From: Chiloscyllium plagiosum
Taxonomy: Eukaryota
Reading direction: 5' to 3'
Assembly (NCBI RefSeq): GCF_004010195.1
Contig: NC_057751.1
Location: 4,480,536-4,525,932, forward strand
DNA: 45,397 nt
Of this stretch, positions 1 to 12,025 are shown piece after piece. Within the stretch, counting starts at the first letter, position 1, and every line of letters starts with the position of its first letter. Under the pieces are notes generated by a model. That model was given only the letters and a program-made list of their open reading frames with translations, did no database searches and was not told the DNA's origin. A program made the position numbers and the translations under genes.

Positions 1-340
1 ATTGGTTTTGCTCATGTTGGGTATCGGGTCTTTTGTTCTGGTGAGTTGTAGTGTGAGCGTTGCTGTTGGTTTGTGTGCCGTTATGAGTCCTAGGGGTCGC
101 AGTAGTCTGGCTGTCAGTTCCGAGATGCTCCTGATGTATGGTAGTGTGGCTAGTCCTTTTGGTTGTGGTATGTCCTCGTTCCATGGTCTTTCTCTTAGGC
201 GTCTGCTGATGAAGTTGCGCGGGTAGCCGCTTTTGGCGAATACCTTGTGTAGGTGTTCCTCTTCTTCGTTTTGCAGTTCTGGTGTACTGCAGTGTGTTGT
301 GGCCCTTCTGAATAGTGTCCTGATGCAGCTTTGTTTGTGT
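1..340 (-). mobile_element. Penelope-like retroelement fragment (RT thumb/linker upstream of GIY-YIG), continues off the window start
   Basis: Minus strand reads HKQSCIRTLFRRATTHCSTPELQNEEEEHLHKVFAKSGYPRNFISRRL...ATLPYIRSISELTARLLRPLGLITAHKPTATL...TKDPIP. These are the GYP, LPYI and KDP motifs typical of Penelope/Poseidon-type PLE ORFs. Confidence 0.85.
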
Positions 341-410
341 GGGGAACTGGGGAAAAAATAAGCACTACCGCAGTTAGGTGGTAGTGTGGGGGTAATTAAA
401 AAAATAAAAA
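341..410 (+). mobile_element. Short 3'-terminal retroposon fragment with hairpin and A-rich tail (possibly L1/Tx1-type)
   Basis: Hairpin cactacc-gcagttaggt-ggtagtg followed by aattaaaaaaataaaaa. Family assignment is from recall only. Confidence 0.35.
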
Positions 411-536
411 CAGGAGTCTCAGACATCCTGTTCACTGTGAGAGCTGATTCTGAGGGAGCTGGACCAGTGTCAAGGGCTCTCCACATGTTAAAAAAGGGTG
501 ACTCGGTGATGGGATACCAGCCTCTGTGGAGTTACT
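411..536 (+). mobile_element. Partial LTR, same family as 13977-14194
   Basis: caggagtctcagacatcctgttcactgtgagagctg...aaagggtgactcggtgatgggataccagcctctgtggagtta is the reverse complement of the copy at 13977-14105. Confidence 0.65.
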
Positions 537-644
537 TAAGCTGCACTCAATAAAAATCAGCTCAACATACTCAACTCATACAATCACGTTTCTCAGTGTA
601 GAGACTTCAATCCCTCAAAAATATAAAAGCTAAACATGTAAACA

Positions 645-866
645 CCAGAGATCCGAATTCGAAACAGAACATGCTGCAGAAACTCAGCAGGTCTGGCAGC
701 ATCGATGGAGAGAGAAACAGAGTTAACCTCACTAGTCTGATATGACTCTTCCTCAGAATTATCTTCTTCAGCTTTGACCCTCGATTGAAAACGTTACTCC
801 AGTTTCTCTCTTCTCAGAGGCTGCCAGGCTTGCTGTGATTCTCTCACACTTTCTGTTTTGAGTTCA
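645..866. mobile_element. Degenerate fold-back PLE pseudo-LTR insertion (family B)
   Basis: Left arm aaacagaacatgctgcagaaactcagcaggtctggcagcatc...agagaaacagagttaac. Right arm acgttactccagtttctctc...ctgccaggcttgctg...ttctgtttt is its approximate reverse complement. A decayed hammerhead core CTGAGGA-A-GAGTC..GACT lies on the minus strand near 735-757. Confidence 0.55.
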
Positions 867-2609
867 ATTCATTGGTTTGAACCCCTGTGTTACAGAGTTC
901 AGTCTGCACCAGCCACTCTCTATTGTCTGTGAATGACATGTTTCATTGAAGTTTTCCAAATGGATAAAACATCACCAGGTTGCAAGACCAAGATTTTGGT
1001 GTCGCAATGCTGTATAAACATACTCCAGGCTGCAAATTGGACTCCACATAGCCACTGCTGGTCATACCCTCTACACCCTGGGTCACCTATTCACTGACAT
1101 AATCTCTCCTAAAATGATACTATAGCGTGCAGGAAGATAAAACTCAGGAAAGACCACTCTGCCCATTCATTGATTGAGATGACTTTCCCACAAATTTCCC
1201 TGCTTTGTTGAACAGCCTGGCTGACCCGTCAAGGTCTGAGCTCAGCTGCCTCTGCGGTTCACCCTGATCTGTGATTCTCACGCTTCTTGCACGGGACAGA
1301 ACACTGGAGAAAGTTACGGGTGGAGTAACCAAGTGGGAGAAGCAAATTGTGAGAAATGCTTTTCCCATATTTGGAAAGAAAAGAATCTGGAGTAGAGAAA
1401 TGAACGCGTCCCCCTCCCCGGCCCACCTGAGTGTCTTGTGAAAGGTTGCACAGTCTGGGGAACAACAGTAACCTTCCTGTCTTTCTGACAATGTGACCAT
1501 GGCACCAATGCACAAACAATGTCTCTCTCTGAAAGGTGGCACCTCTGATAAGATCAGGCTCACTGAGTGCCTTACCACAGTCTCTGGCTGAGTACAACCT
1601 CTTGCCTCACAGCTGCGTGACCTCTGTGCGTCTGTGTGATGAGCCACACATTTGCCCTTGTGCTTAAACACGCAGGACTGAAGGCTCTTTTGTGTCCTGA
1701 CCCAGAGTCAGCGGAACAAAACAGGACTGATGTGATTGTAAAAGCCTTGCTGATTACTTGTAGTCATTCAGAATAATCCCCTACATCACAACAGTGATTG
1801 TGTTTGAAATGGACTTCTCCGGTCGAGAAGGGAGATGGGGCCCTCTATCTGGAGACCCTTGGGGGCTTCAGGAGAAACATCTTTCCCCAGACAGTGGTGA
1901 GAAAATGGAAATCATAACCACACAAAGAGATCAAGGTGAATTTTACACACCCTCTGAAAGGAGGTACGTGAGCAACAAATCGGCTCAGAATAATGCTACG
2001 TCGAAATGGTTAGATAAATGGGGTTGGGTGGAGACTGATCTGGATTATCACTAAGTTCCAGGGTCTGTCAGGATCCTGTGAATTCAACTTATTACATGAA
2101 TACATGCTCATCTAGTTTCAATTCCATAAAGATATTCTAACAGCGATACTAACCTTTCATTTTATCCAATTTATTCCAAGACATTAGATCTCATTTTCCT
2201 TTCTACTAAGCTTGCTGCACAGATCAGAAACAGAATTTTTCATGTTCATGTCCAAACCACAAATCAGCTTATATTTCTGGCAACGTAATACTGATAATCA
2301 TTTGCAAAAAAAAACACTCCAAAGCTTCAGCCTTTTCAGCATTGAGTTATAATGACATGCTACTGTCCAAGCTCTACTCAAGGGCACTGAAGATGGGGAT
2401 TGACTGCAGCCGGTGTGAAGGTAAATGTTTGTTACCTGAACCCCACAATCACAACCTAACCCCCCTCCCCAAAAATCTCAAACTCGTGAGGACCCACCCT
2501 GGATGACTCTTCAATGATAAACTCAGCCACACTGTAATACTCAGCAGATTTGCTTGGACGGAGACTAAATCTGACCAGGACACCCTTGTCAACTGGAGAG
2601 GCAATAGGG

Positions 2610-2755
2610 CAGGTCTTTGAATACTTTCAAGGCAGAGAGTTAGATAGATCCTGGATTGCCGAGGGGCAGGAAAGGTTACTAGGGGTATACAGGAATGTTA
2701 ATGTACCTTTATTGAATGCAGGAGCAGGTTCAAAGGGCTGAGTAGCCTACTTGCA
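2610..2755 (+). mobile_element. Degenerate CR1 LINE 3' end
   Basis: ttcaaggcagagagttagatagat...attgaatgcaggagcaggttcaaagggctgagtagcctact resembles other CR1 3' ends in the window. Confidence 0.55.
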
Positions 2756-3219
2756 TTCGTTGTTTGTCCCTGTGTATGAGAAGGCATGACATCCAAACAC
2801 TGAGAAGACATTTGTTCAATTCAATGACTGTCATTTCAAATTGGTACCTCCCTCCCTTCGCGAGCTCCCTCACATTTTTAGATTGCATGATATGCTGAAA
2901 TATTAAAAATTCACCTGTTTGCCATAACTCTGTGTGCCTTAGCACTGACCCTGGTCTTGGCTTCTATCCAGGTGAGACCCTCCCCTTCCCCCCCACCGCC
3001 ACAAGCAGCCCTGCAAATCTGTGACTTTGTGCTGATCAACAGGAAAAGGTTGCATTTCTAGAGTGCCTGTCCCATCCAACCTCAGACTGTCACAGAGCGC
3101 CTCACAATATTTGGGAGCATTGAGAAAGGCAGCAGAGCCCGTTCATGCACAGCAAGATCCAACAGATCGCAGTGCAATTGTGAGCAGGTCACCTGTTTAA
3201 ACCAGATTAATGACTTTGA

Positions 3220-4082
3220 CATGGAGATGGAAACCACTCTTGCCAAGTTGAGAGACAATAATGAAAGTTGCAATGAAGACGTAAGAAATTGTAAAATGGA
3301 CAGGGATAGGCCAGATGAATGAGCCTAGGTTTTAGGTGAATTGAGCAGTTTAACGTGGGTACGTGAGAGGTTATCATCTCGGGGCAGAGGTATGAAAAGG
3401 CAACTTATTATCCAAAAGAGAGCAACATCACAGTGCTTTGGCGCAGAGGGATCTGGGTATCCTTGTATATGTGTTGCAGAAAGCTGTGTGCAGTTACATC
3501 AGGACAGCAAATAGAATTTTGGCATTTATTTCTGAAGGCGAAGAGGATAAAAATATGGAAGAGTTGTTTTTAATTGAGACTGCAGTTGGAGTACTCTGGA
3601 TCGTTTGTTCCCCCTTACCTGAGAAAGGATGTAATTGAACCAGAGTTCAGTTCACTTGATTAATTACAGAGATTACAGGCTTGCCTAATGAAGAGAAATT
3701 GAGCAGTTAAGGCCTGTGTTATGGAAGAGTTTAGTACAGTGAGAGCAGATCCAACTGAGGAATATAAGATGCTAAATGAGCTGGACAAAGTTGAGATGGA
3801 GTGGAGTTTTCCCCATGAGGGCAATCGAGAATGAGAGGTCATAGTTTTCAAATAAGAGGCTGGGCAGGTTTCAAACAGAGATAAGGAGAAATTACTTTTC
3901 TCAAAGGTTCGTGAATCTGTGGAATTCACTCCCCCAGAGTGTGGTGGATGTTGGGACTCTGTATCAACCTAAGGGGGAGATGGGCAGTTTTTAATAAAGG
4001 GTTAGGGGCAACAGGCTGGAAAGTGGAGATGAGATCAGCTGTGATTGTACTGAATGACCTCCTCCAGCTCCTAGTTGCTATG
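3220..4082 (+). mobile_element. Degenerate CR1 LINE ORF2 C-terminus and 3' UTR
   Basis: Frameshifted CR1 motifs QRDLGILV, ANRILAFI, LEY..(F)..PY and FSQRFVNLWNSLPQ. Confidence 0.8.
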
Positions 4083-4089
4083 TTTTGGG

Positions 4090-4270
4090 ATCAGGGATTG
4101 CAATTGGCCAGAGAGAAGCACCCTGCTCTTGTTCCAAATGGTGCTGTTAGAGTTTTCACATCTACCAGGGAGAGTTCTTCAATTAACCCATTACCCATCA
4201 CCACACAAAGGGCAGTCTCCCCCTGGTCCTGCACTTTGTAGCTTGTGTTGAGTCAGACACAAGGCCGCAA
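4090..4270 (-). mobile_element. Degenerate SacSINE1/DeuSINE-like fragment
   Basis: aattggccagagagaagcaccctgctcttgttccaaatggtgc...ttttcacatctacc resembles 17050-17450 and 30880-31215. Confidence 0.4.
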
Positions 4271-4419
4271 CATTCTGCCAGCGGAGTCAGGCCTCACCTT
4301 GCCTCACAGCCTTGCTCCCACTGTCAGCTGCACCCTGCAATAAAACAATTCAGGCCTGCAGTTCTCCTTTTCCCAGTCTGTTCCTTGTGAATGGAATCCG
4401 AAGTGGGTAGGTTGCCGGA

Positions 4420-4530
4420 GTAAAAGACAGCAGATGCTGGAATCTGAGCTGAATACTGGAGATCACAGCACGCTCAGAATAAGAGTCATCAAGACTCGAA
4501 ACGTTAGCTTGCTCTCTCTCCGTGGATAGG
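4420..4530. mobile_element. Short PLE pseudo-LTR insertion (family B) with decayed hammerhead
   Basis: gcagatgctggaatctga arm, then cagaata-a-GAGTC-atcaa-GACTC-GAAA-cgtta at 4475-4506. Stem II is intact and the core is mutated. Confidence 0.55.
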
Positions 4531-4603
4531 TTGAAGCTTTGTTCGGAATTAATGTCGTGAATCACATTGACTTTTCCTGCCCCTTTGTGTTTGTCACTCC
4601 CAG

Positions 4604-4728
4604 CCATCCCCAGCTCTGTGACCTGCTGGTCTGTTGGCATGACGGACTGTTACACGTTGTATAACAAGGCAGGAAAAGAGCTGAAGAGTTTGGACAACAT
4701 CACGAAAGCCAGTGGAGTGAACCTCTGA
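4604..4728 (+). CDS. Candidate terminal coding exon, unidentified
   Basis: Strong acceptor ttgacttttcctgcccctttgtgtttgtcactcccag|. The phase-1 frame reads (A)IPSSVTCWSVGMTDCYTLYNKAGKELKSLDNITKASGVNL*. No homolog recognised. Confidence 0.2.
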
Positions 4729-6244
4729 CGTTTTGTGAAGTTGACCGGTGGCTCTAAAATCCATCCTTCCTGACCATTCTTGGTTTAGAGTTTTTATGGC
4801 TCTTGTTCCAAAGAAAGAAGTTATTTCAAATGATACAGCACAGCATGGAGGCCGTTAAGATCACCGAAGCTGTCCCAGCTTTGTGAAAGATTTAGCCAGT
4901 TCGTTCCACAGCACCGGCCTCTCTCTACAACCCCGTAATTTTTCTCAATGAGAAATTGTGTTCCATTTCAATCTGCTTCCAACATCCTTTTAGTGTTCAA
5001 GGTCACAGCATGTCATTGTGCAAAGTCATTCTTCTTTCTTATCCCCTCCCTGTTCTTTCAGCATTTCTGTCATGCCTTTTAACATGATTACAGCAGAGTT
5101 TTAAACAGCTAAGTGTATTCAGATGGAAGATGAAAGCTTTCCCACCCCTTGATTTCACTTCTTGCAAAATCCCAACACACAGGAGGAGGTGTTTTAGCCC
5201 ACAGTGCCTGTACTGCTTTATGGAAAGAGTTTTCTACTGTACCGCCACACCCCTGCTCCCTGCCCTGTAGCACTGTAACCATTCTCCTCTTCAAACAGCT
5301 GTTTGTTTTCTTGTGTGGGATTGAATATTTCAATGTCACCTTTTCAAGACAACACCTGGTCCAGCTTATAAAAACCTGGTGTGTTCAGAACGTCCAAATT
5401 CTCTTGGTTTTATTTATTTTTTTTTGCCAATCAGCTGAAATCACAGGTTATTCTCTCAATCTTCCGGTGACTGACCTTCGATCCAAATGACCTCTCTGTG
5501 GTGACACCTCATGGGCTGCAGTAGGAAGGTCACCAAGACAACTCCAGGGAATTAACGCTAGCCCAGCCTCGTCCCGTGAATGAATTAAACGTAAGACTGA
5601 AATCCCTGTGAAGCACTCCACCTCCTCACCTCTAATGGAAGGCAAGCTTTCTCATCCTCTCCATGGAACTGAGTACGCCATCTCCCTGGCCCTTTCTCTG
5701 AAGTGAAGCTCAGCATTGGGCACAACTTAATTCCAACCAGTGTTTAATAGACAGACATCCAGACGGTGAACTCGGCAGAAGACTTTGAGAGATTTACAGC
5801 TGCTTTATTTCTAAGCTACCAGGTCAGCACAAGGGGCAGTATCTCCCCTTCCCTTCTGGATCCTGTCCAGAAACCCGCTCCCCTCCTGGGGAAGAACACA
5901 GCTCCTTGTTTGAATGTTACAACGAAAACAAAATCCAATCAAAGACCTGCTGGCCAGGAACACGGTAACCCGACCCATAACCAAAAAAGGAGGTACTCAG
6001 TCAGGGGTTCACAAAGGATGGGAGAGAATGCACCCTCCTCCCTGTGGTGCCCACCCAAGTTGGAAGTGGCTGGGTGGATAGTGCACGCTCCCTCGGCAAG
6101 GGATCAAGGTAACTGCAAAAGAGGAGCAGGCATTTGAGGGCTATGAGCACCCTCCTGAGCCCACTGTCTGGACTGGTTAAAGGAGACTTTAATCCAGCCC
6201 TGGACAAAGCCAACTCTATTTTGTTGACCAATGAACTTTTAAAA

Positions 6245-6715
6245 AATTTATTCACTCCTGGAATGTGGGCATCGTTGTCTCGGCAGCATTTATTGCCCAT
6301 TCCAACTTGCCCAGAGGCTAGATAAGAGTCAAATCATTAAGGGCATTTCAATGGCCATTGGATAAACATATGGATGATATTAGAATAGTGTAGGTTAGAT
6401 GGGCTTTGGATTGGTTTCACAGGTCAGCGCACGGTGCCAAAGGGCCTGTACAGTGCTGTGCTTTATATTCTATGTTCTATTAACCTTATCACTGTGGATG
6501 TGGAGTCGCATGTAGGCCAGACCAAGCAAGGATGGCAGTTCCTTCCCTCAAGGACTTCAGTGAACCAGATAGGCTTTCCCGACAATTGACAATGGATTCA
6601 TGGTCACCATTAGACTCTTAATTCCAGATTCTTTATCGAATTCAAATTCCGTCATCGACCATGGTGGGATTTGAACCCAGGTCCCCAGAACTGAGTTTCT
6701 TGATTAATAGTCTCG
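6245..6715 (-). mobile_element. tRNA-derived SINE (Meta-domain-like core, L2-type tail) interrupted by a CR1 3' end
   Basis: B-box (reverse complement of gggatttgaacc, about 6667-6678). Core reverse complement of gtaggccagaccaagcaaggatggcagttccttccctcaaggac...gtgaaccaga. Tail cagcatttattgcccat is shared with the LINE family at 17490. The Meta-domain label is inference. Confidence 0.75.
6333..6480 (+). mobile_element. CR1 LINE 3' end nested in SINE
   Basis: gcatttcaatggccattggataaacatatggatg...aagggcctgtacagtgctg ending in a ttctatgttctat tail. Confidence 0.75.
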
Positions 6716-6993
6716 TGACTCTTTCTGCATCAAAGGGAAGTGAAGGCCGGCAGACAGACCCATTCCCGTGCCTTCTCCCAATTATCCCGGAACATCAGGC
6801 CAGGCAACGGTGTCTCCTTCCTGCACAGCAGAGTTGTGGTGGCACTTCCTGACCTCTAACTCCCAGGTGCTATTGGCAATAAGCCGCACAAACCGGGACT
6901 GTGACAAAGAAATTCCGCGTTTATAATCCTTCAGTTGTACTCCGCCGGGAGGACTATTCCCAGCTCTCAATGAATTCTCTGGTTGTTCTGAGT

Positions 6994-7088
6994 CAAACTG
7001 TGTGATGCTGGGAAAGCACACCAGGGCAGGCAGCATCTGAGGGAGCAGGAGAGTCAACATTTCAGGTATCTGCAGTCCTTACTTTCTC
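6994..7088. mobile_element. Short PLE pseudo-LTR insertion (family A), inverted parts, with TSD
   Basis: Minus-sense arm gatgctgggaaagcacaccagggcaggcagcatc...gagtcaacatttcagg joined to the plus-sense tail atctgcagtccttactttctc. Direct repeat gttctgagt at 6985-6993 and 7094-7102. Confidence 0.7.
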
Positions 7089-7222
7089 GACTGGTTCTGA
7101 GTAATCCTTAAAGAGACCTGCATCCTAACACTGTCAGCCGAATTCTGGAGACTGGAAGAACACATAGTTCTTACTCCAGAATTGATGTGCTTCAGATTTG
7201 TGATCCGCTCCCCACTCAGTTC

Positions 7223-7548
7223 GAATCTGTACAGTGCTAAAGCAGGCCATTTGGCCCATCAAGTCCATACTAACCCTCTGACAAGCATCCCACCCAGACC
7301 CACCTTATCCCTGCTCCCCTGCATTTCCTACGGCTAACCCCCTCTCCAAGTCTGCACATGCCAGGATACTATGGGTAATTTCCCATGGCCAATCCACCCC
7401 AATCTTCCTTGGATTGTTGGAGGAAACCTGGAGGGTGGGGTGGGGGTGGGGGGGGAAGCCATGAGGACAACATGCAAACTCCACACAGAGAGCCACCCAA
7501 GAGTGGAATCAAACCCAAGTCCCTGGCGCTATGAGGCAGCACTGTACC
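7223..7548 (-). mobile_element. HE1-type (V-SINE) tRNA-derived SINE, degenerate
   Basis: acatgcaaactccacacagagagccaccc...gaatcaaaccc...ccctggcgctatgaggcagc is the reverse complement of the 21651 copy. Confidence 0.8.
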
Positions 7549-8454
7549 CATGTAGGGGACCCCTCAAAGTGGCTCTACTGGCTATCTTTGGTGACACAAC
7601 TGAGGGGGATTGTGGGTCATTGACCAGTGAGGGGGAAGGTGTTTGATCTGTTGATCTGTGTTCAAACCCATCTATCAAAGCTGCGATCTTTCATAACCAC
7701 AGTCAATTCTGCCCACAGGAATTAGCTGCACTTCAAAGGAGCTTCTGAGGTTGGGCTAGCGGCAAAAGTTCCTCCGTAATTCCTCAAAGTCAAATCTTGA
7801 AAATGAAGGAAGAGAAACTTCTAAAAGCATTGCTAGCTCCTTCAATATCGATCATCGTGATGGGAGTCCAAATCTGATTGTCAAATCTTGGCAAATGAGA
7901 ATACAGTCCCATCAGCATTGAAGGTGATTTTTCAGATTGATGTTGCAGTTTGTGCAATTCAGAAGAAAGCTTTTAAATATAATTGCTTGACATTTCAGCT
8001 ACATCACAGGCAATGGCAGAAGAACATTCACTGCAAAATATTCCTCTGGGTCAAAATCAAATGAGACGCCATTAAACCACAAAATATTGATCGGTTCTTA
8101 GAGTGAAATGACTGGCTGTAGTTTGACACAGAACGCTGACTGATTTTTTTTTTCCCTGAAAAGGCTGAAATTAGCTTGGAGGATGACTCAATCCATTGGC
8201 ATGTCACAATCTTTTCTGAGAACACATGGCACCAAAGGAAATCAATTGAGCTGGACTCATTGTTCACTGGTAATTTATAGAGAAGGTGCAATTTCTTTTC
8301 CACCAAGCTCCCAGATTCCTTCCTATCTTTGCTTTTGCAATCATGTTCCCCAGGCCTCTCACTCACAAACCGAGAAGCTGAGTTGGGCTGTTGTTCCCAT
8401 GACGTTTTCAGGGGATTGCAGACGTTCTGATTAAGCCAGCAGCCCACGCTGGAC

Positions 8455-8625
8455 CTTCAGGAGGAGCTGCCTTCTTGAACCACTGCAGACCCTGGGAGTG
8501 CAGGTACCATAAGGAGGTGGGGGGGGGGGGGGGGGGGTCCAAGATTTTGACCCTTGATGTTGAAGGAACCTTGACATGTCTCCAGGTCAGCTTGGTGAGC
8601 GGCTTGGACAGGAACATGGGGATAA
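8455..8625 (-). mobile_element. L2/CR1-group LINE 3' fragment containing a poly-G run
   Basis: gagctgccttcttgaaccactgcag...aagattttgacc...gaaggaac...tccaggtcagcttggtgag matches 11575-11700. Confidence 0.6.
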
Positions 8626-9334
8626 TGCGTGCTGAGTGTGAGGGACATAGAAACGTAGAAGGAAGGAACGAGGTCAGGCCTTTTGACCTCTTGCGTATGC
8701 TCAGCCATTCAAATCCTTGTTCCCTTCAGGTATATGTCTTTCTCTCCCTGGTCATGTTACATAGAATCTACAGCACTGAAACAGGCCATTCAACCCTTCT
8801 GGTGATTTCTTCCCATGATTCTCCTTCCACCTTTTCAGCAAACCCTTCGTCTCCTTTCTCCCTCCCGCAGTCACCCAGTCCCTGAAATCCACCCAGCCTA
8901 CTTGTGTTTAAAGTTGATGGGACGCTGTTATCTCACGTCAAACGCAAATCAAGACGTGAGCAACATGGTATTGAGGAATCCAACACAATATTTCTGATGG
9001 CTTTGCTCATATTTACAAACATCAGAATCACAGACATGAGTGTTAGCATCAGGCCACTGTGTTATACGCAGGGGCACAATTTCATTGGCAGGTCATGCTT
9101 CAAGTGGCTGCAGTAAAGATGGAGACTGAGACATTGGTGCTCTCAGGTCAACAAGCCCTGATGAGTGACAGCATTACAGTGATGTCTCTCGAAGGTGTAC
9201 TGACATCCTGAGTGTGTGAAAGAACATTAACTCACCATGTTCCACATGCACCAGCCTCTGAGTGAAGTAGCTTTTCCTGAGTGCACCAAGCCAGGAAATT
9301 TACATGTACTTTGGAATTAAATAAGACACCCTCA

Positions 9335-9514
9335 TCAACGCAAACTCACTGTAACACGGTTGACAAATTCTAAAGTGCAAACTTTTAGAACGTGTGTTGG
9401 TTGTAATGCAATTACATTGCCAACACTTTTACGCACTGTTCCTAAAGCGCGATTTTTCTATAACGTGGGGTTGCACCAGAATGCAACCATCACCTTATAG
9501 AATAACTATCTGTA
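9335..9514. mobile_element. Tigger/pogo-like MITE remnant (one end)
   Basis: gatttttctataacgtggggttgcaccagaatgcaacc...ttatagaataactatctg|TA resembles the right end of 12026-12245. Confidence 0.45.
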
Positions 9515-10233
9515 CTTGAGAACTTTACAAAAAGATTGAGCACTGCTCCACCCAGATGGAGACCCATCTCTGGTACATGTGTAGTTTTGTAAAGATGGAA
9601 AAGAATTGATCAGTGTAAACCCCACCACAAGTCCTATCCTTAACCCTGGATATTTCCAGATGAATGGTTGGTAACCACGTGCTCTGTTTACTCTCTCGTA
9701 TCATCCCTTACCCAGACTCTATTTCCCAAACCCTTCTGCACTGTAATCAATGTGAAAAGGAATATACATCTGGTCCGGGGTGAGGGATAGCCAGGGATGG
9801 AGCAAGAGGCTTTCCAGGTTCCAGCCCTGTTTCACAACAAGCCACAGCAAGTTCAACTCACTCCTTTGGGCTTCTCTGCTGTGTGGCCAATGATCTGGGC
9901 CTACAGCTGAAGCCTCCCGCTGGTACTGCTCTGAACCTGGTTACCAGGGGAACCCAGGTGGAGCAGAGGGCTGACCTCTGAACCCTCACCCTCACTCACC
10001 TATAGCTCAGGGTCACCAACTCTTGTTAGGCATCGACCTGAAGGCGTTATCACATGACCTTCCCTGCAATCTTCCTGACTAAGTCAAGACACTTGTTTGG
10101 AAAAGAAGAAACATTTCTCAATGGTTCACAATTAACAGAGGCAGCTCTCCCAAGAAAAGCACTGAAGCTGCATGGAAAGGCCATATTATTGCATCCTTCA
10201 GAATCGCTGACTACCATTGGCCTGGAGACTGGT

Positions 10234-10855
10234 TAGAGTCATTGAGTCATAAAGTCATACAGCATGGGAACAGACCCTTTGGTCCAACCCATCCATGCAC
10301 CCCAGGTTTCCCAAAGTAAAGTAGTCCCATTTTTCTGTGTTTGGCCCATATCCCTCAAAACATTTTGTATCCATTAACCTATCCTGATGCCTTCCAAATG
10401 TTGTCATTGTAGCAGCCTCCATCACCTCCTCTGGCAGCTCATTCCATACACATACCTCCCTCTGCGTGAAATGTTGTCCCTCAGGTCCCTTTTAAATCTT
10501 TCCCCTCTCACCGTAAAATTATGCCCTCTCGTTTTTGAACTTTGAGGGAAAAGACCTGTCTGTTCACCCTATCTACGGTCCTTATGATTTTATAAACCTC
10601 TACCTTGTCACCCCTCAACTTCCTCCGCTCCAGTGAAAAAAGTCCTAGCCTGTTCAGCCTCTCCTTATAACTCGAACTCTCCAGCCCCAGTAACATCCTT
10701 GTAAATCTTTTCTGAACCCTTTCAAGTTCCACAAAATCTTTCCTGTAGCAGGGGGACCAGAACTGAATGCAACATTCCAAAAGTGGCCTCACCAACGTCC
10801 TGTACTGCCACAAGATGACCTCCCGGTTCTTATAATCAATGCTCTGACCGACAAA
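10234..10855 (-). mobile_element. CR1 LINE (HER1-like) 3' portion
   Basis: ORF 10508..10975 contains YRTLVRPLLECCIQFWSPCYRKDFVELERVQKRFTRML.GLE..SYKERLNRLGLFSLERRKLRGD. (GACTCTAT)-like tail at 10234-10260. Confidence 0.95.
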
Positions 10856-11494
10856 GTAGAATTGATATGGTGGTCTTGTCAGGCAAAAGGACTCCAACCC
10901 TGCAGTGTTGAACCTCCCCATTCTCACAAGAGATATTGCTGCCTTTTCATGGGATGAGGTTGAAATTCCTCTCACAGCCGAAACAAAATCACCTCCCCTG
11001 TAATGTAATTAGTCACTGGAACAACAATGCCTTCCAGAGTAGCAAATTTCAAAGCCAGACAAACCTGGCAGTCTGCCATTGGGTTGGAAAGACGGAAATT
11101 TATGACAAAGATGAGGATTGCTTGCCTCCTGGACAAACGTTTTCTGAATTCAAATGAGAAAAGGACATGTTACAAAGACAGCAAAGTGCTCCCAGTCTGT
11201 GCATCCACACAGAGCATGCTTTTTCTCAGAAGGTGGACATTATTAACCTGTTATCAAATGGGACCATTAATAAAAGAGGCCATTCTGCCCCCAGAGCGTT
11301 CTATGCTATTTAATGGCTGATCTGTAGCCTATATCCATCAGTCTGCCTTGGTTCAGATTCCTGTCATAGCCCCCCCAAAGAAACAACCATCTATCTTCAG
11401 TTTTTAAATATACAATCATTTCCCAGTTTCAAGAGCTTATCAGGTAGGCAATGTTCCGTATTTCCACCACCCATTGTATTTTGTTTTTCACAAA

Positions 11495-11985
11495 TTCACT
11501 CATTGGATGTGGGTGTCGCTGGGTGGGTCAGCATTTATTAGCCCCACCCCTAATTCCTCTCCAGGAGGTGGTGGTGAGCTGCCATCCTGAACCACTGCAG
11601 ACTTTGGGTTATCGTGACACCCAGAGTAGAAGGGAATTCTGGGATTTTGACCCAGCGACAGTGAAGGAAAGACGATATATATTCCAAGTCAGGATGGTGA
11701 GGGGCTCAGAGGGGGACTGGCAGGGGGTTGAGTTCCCATCTACCTGCTGCCCTTGTCCTTCTCGATGGAAGTGGTTGTAAATTTGGAAGGTGCTGTGGAG
11801 GATCGTTGGTGAATTGCTGCAGTGTATCTTGTAGATAGTACACACTGCTGCTACTGAGCGCCGGTGATGGAGGGAGTGGATGCTTGTGGATGTGGTGTCA
11901 ATCAAGCGGGCTGCTTTGTCCTTGATGTTGTTGGAGCTGCCCCCATCTTGGCAAGTGAGGAGTATTCCCTCACACTCCTGAGTCA
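11495..11985 (-). mobile_element. L2/CR1-group LINE ORF2 C-terminus and 3' UTR
   Basis: Minus ORF contains IKDKAARLIDTTSTSIHSLHHRRSVAAVCTIYKIHCSNSP. Homologous to 17490-18060. Confidence 0.85.
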
Positions 11986-12025
11986 TCTCTTGTTGTACAA
12001 GGGACTTCGCTGTGACATGCAAATA

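Noticed and set aside
1144..1671. 175-aa minus-strand ORF
   Set aside because: It has a non-ATG start, no recognisable domain and no convincing splice partners.
7757..7796. Strong minus-strand acceptor followed by FDFEELRRNFCR*
   Set aside because: It is too short and no upstream exon could be linked with confidence.
9235..9277. 41-nt minus-strand exon-like segment (KSYFTQRLVHV)
   Set aside because: It resembles the CR1 FFTQRVVHVWN motif and is more likely a LINE relic.
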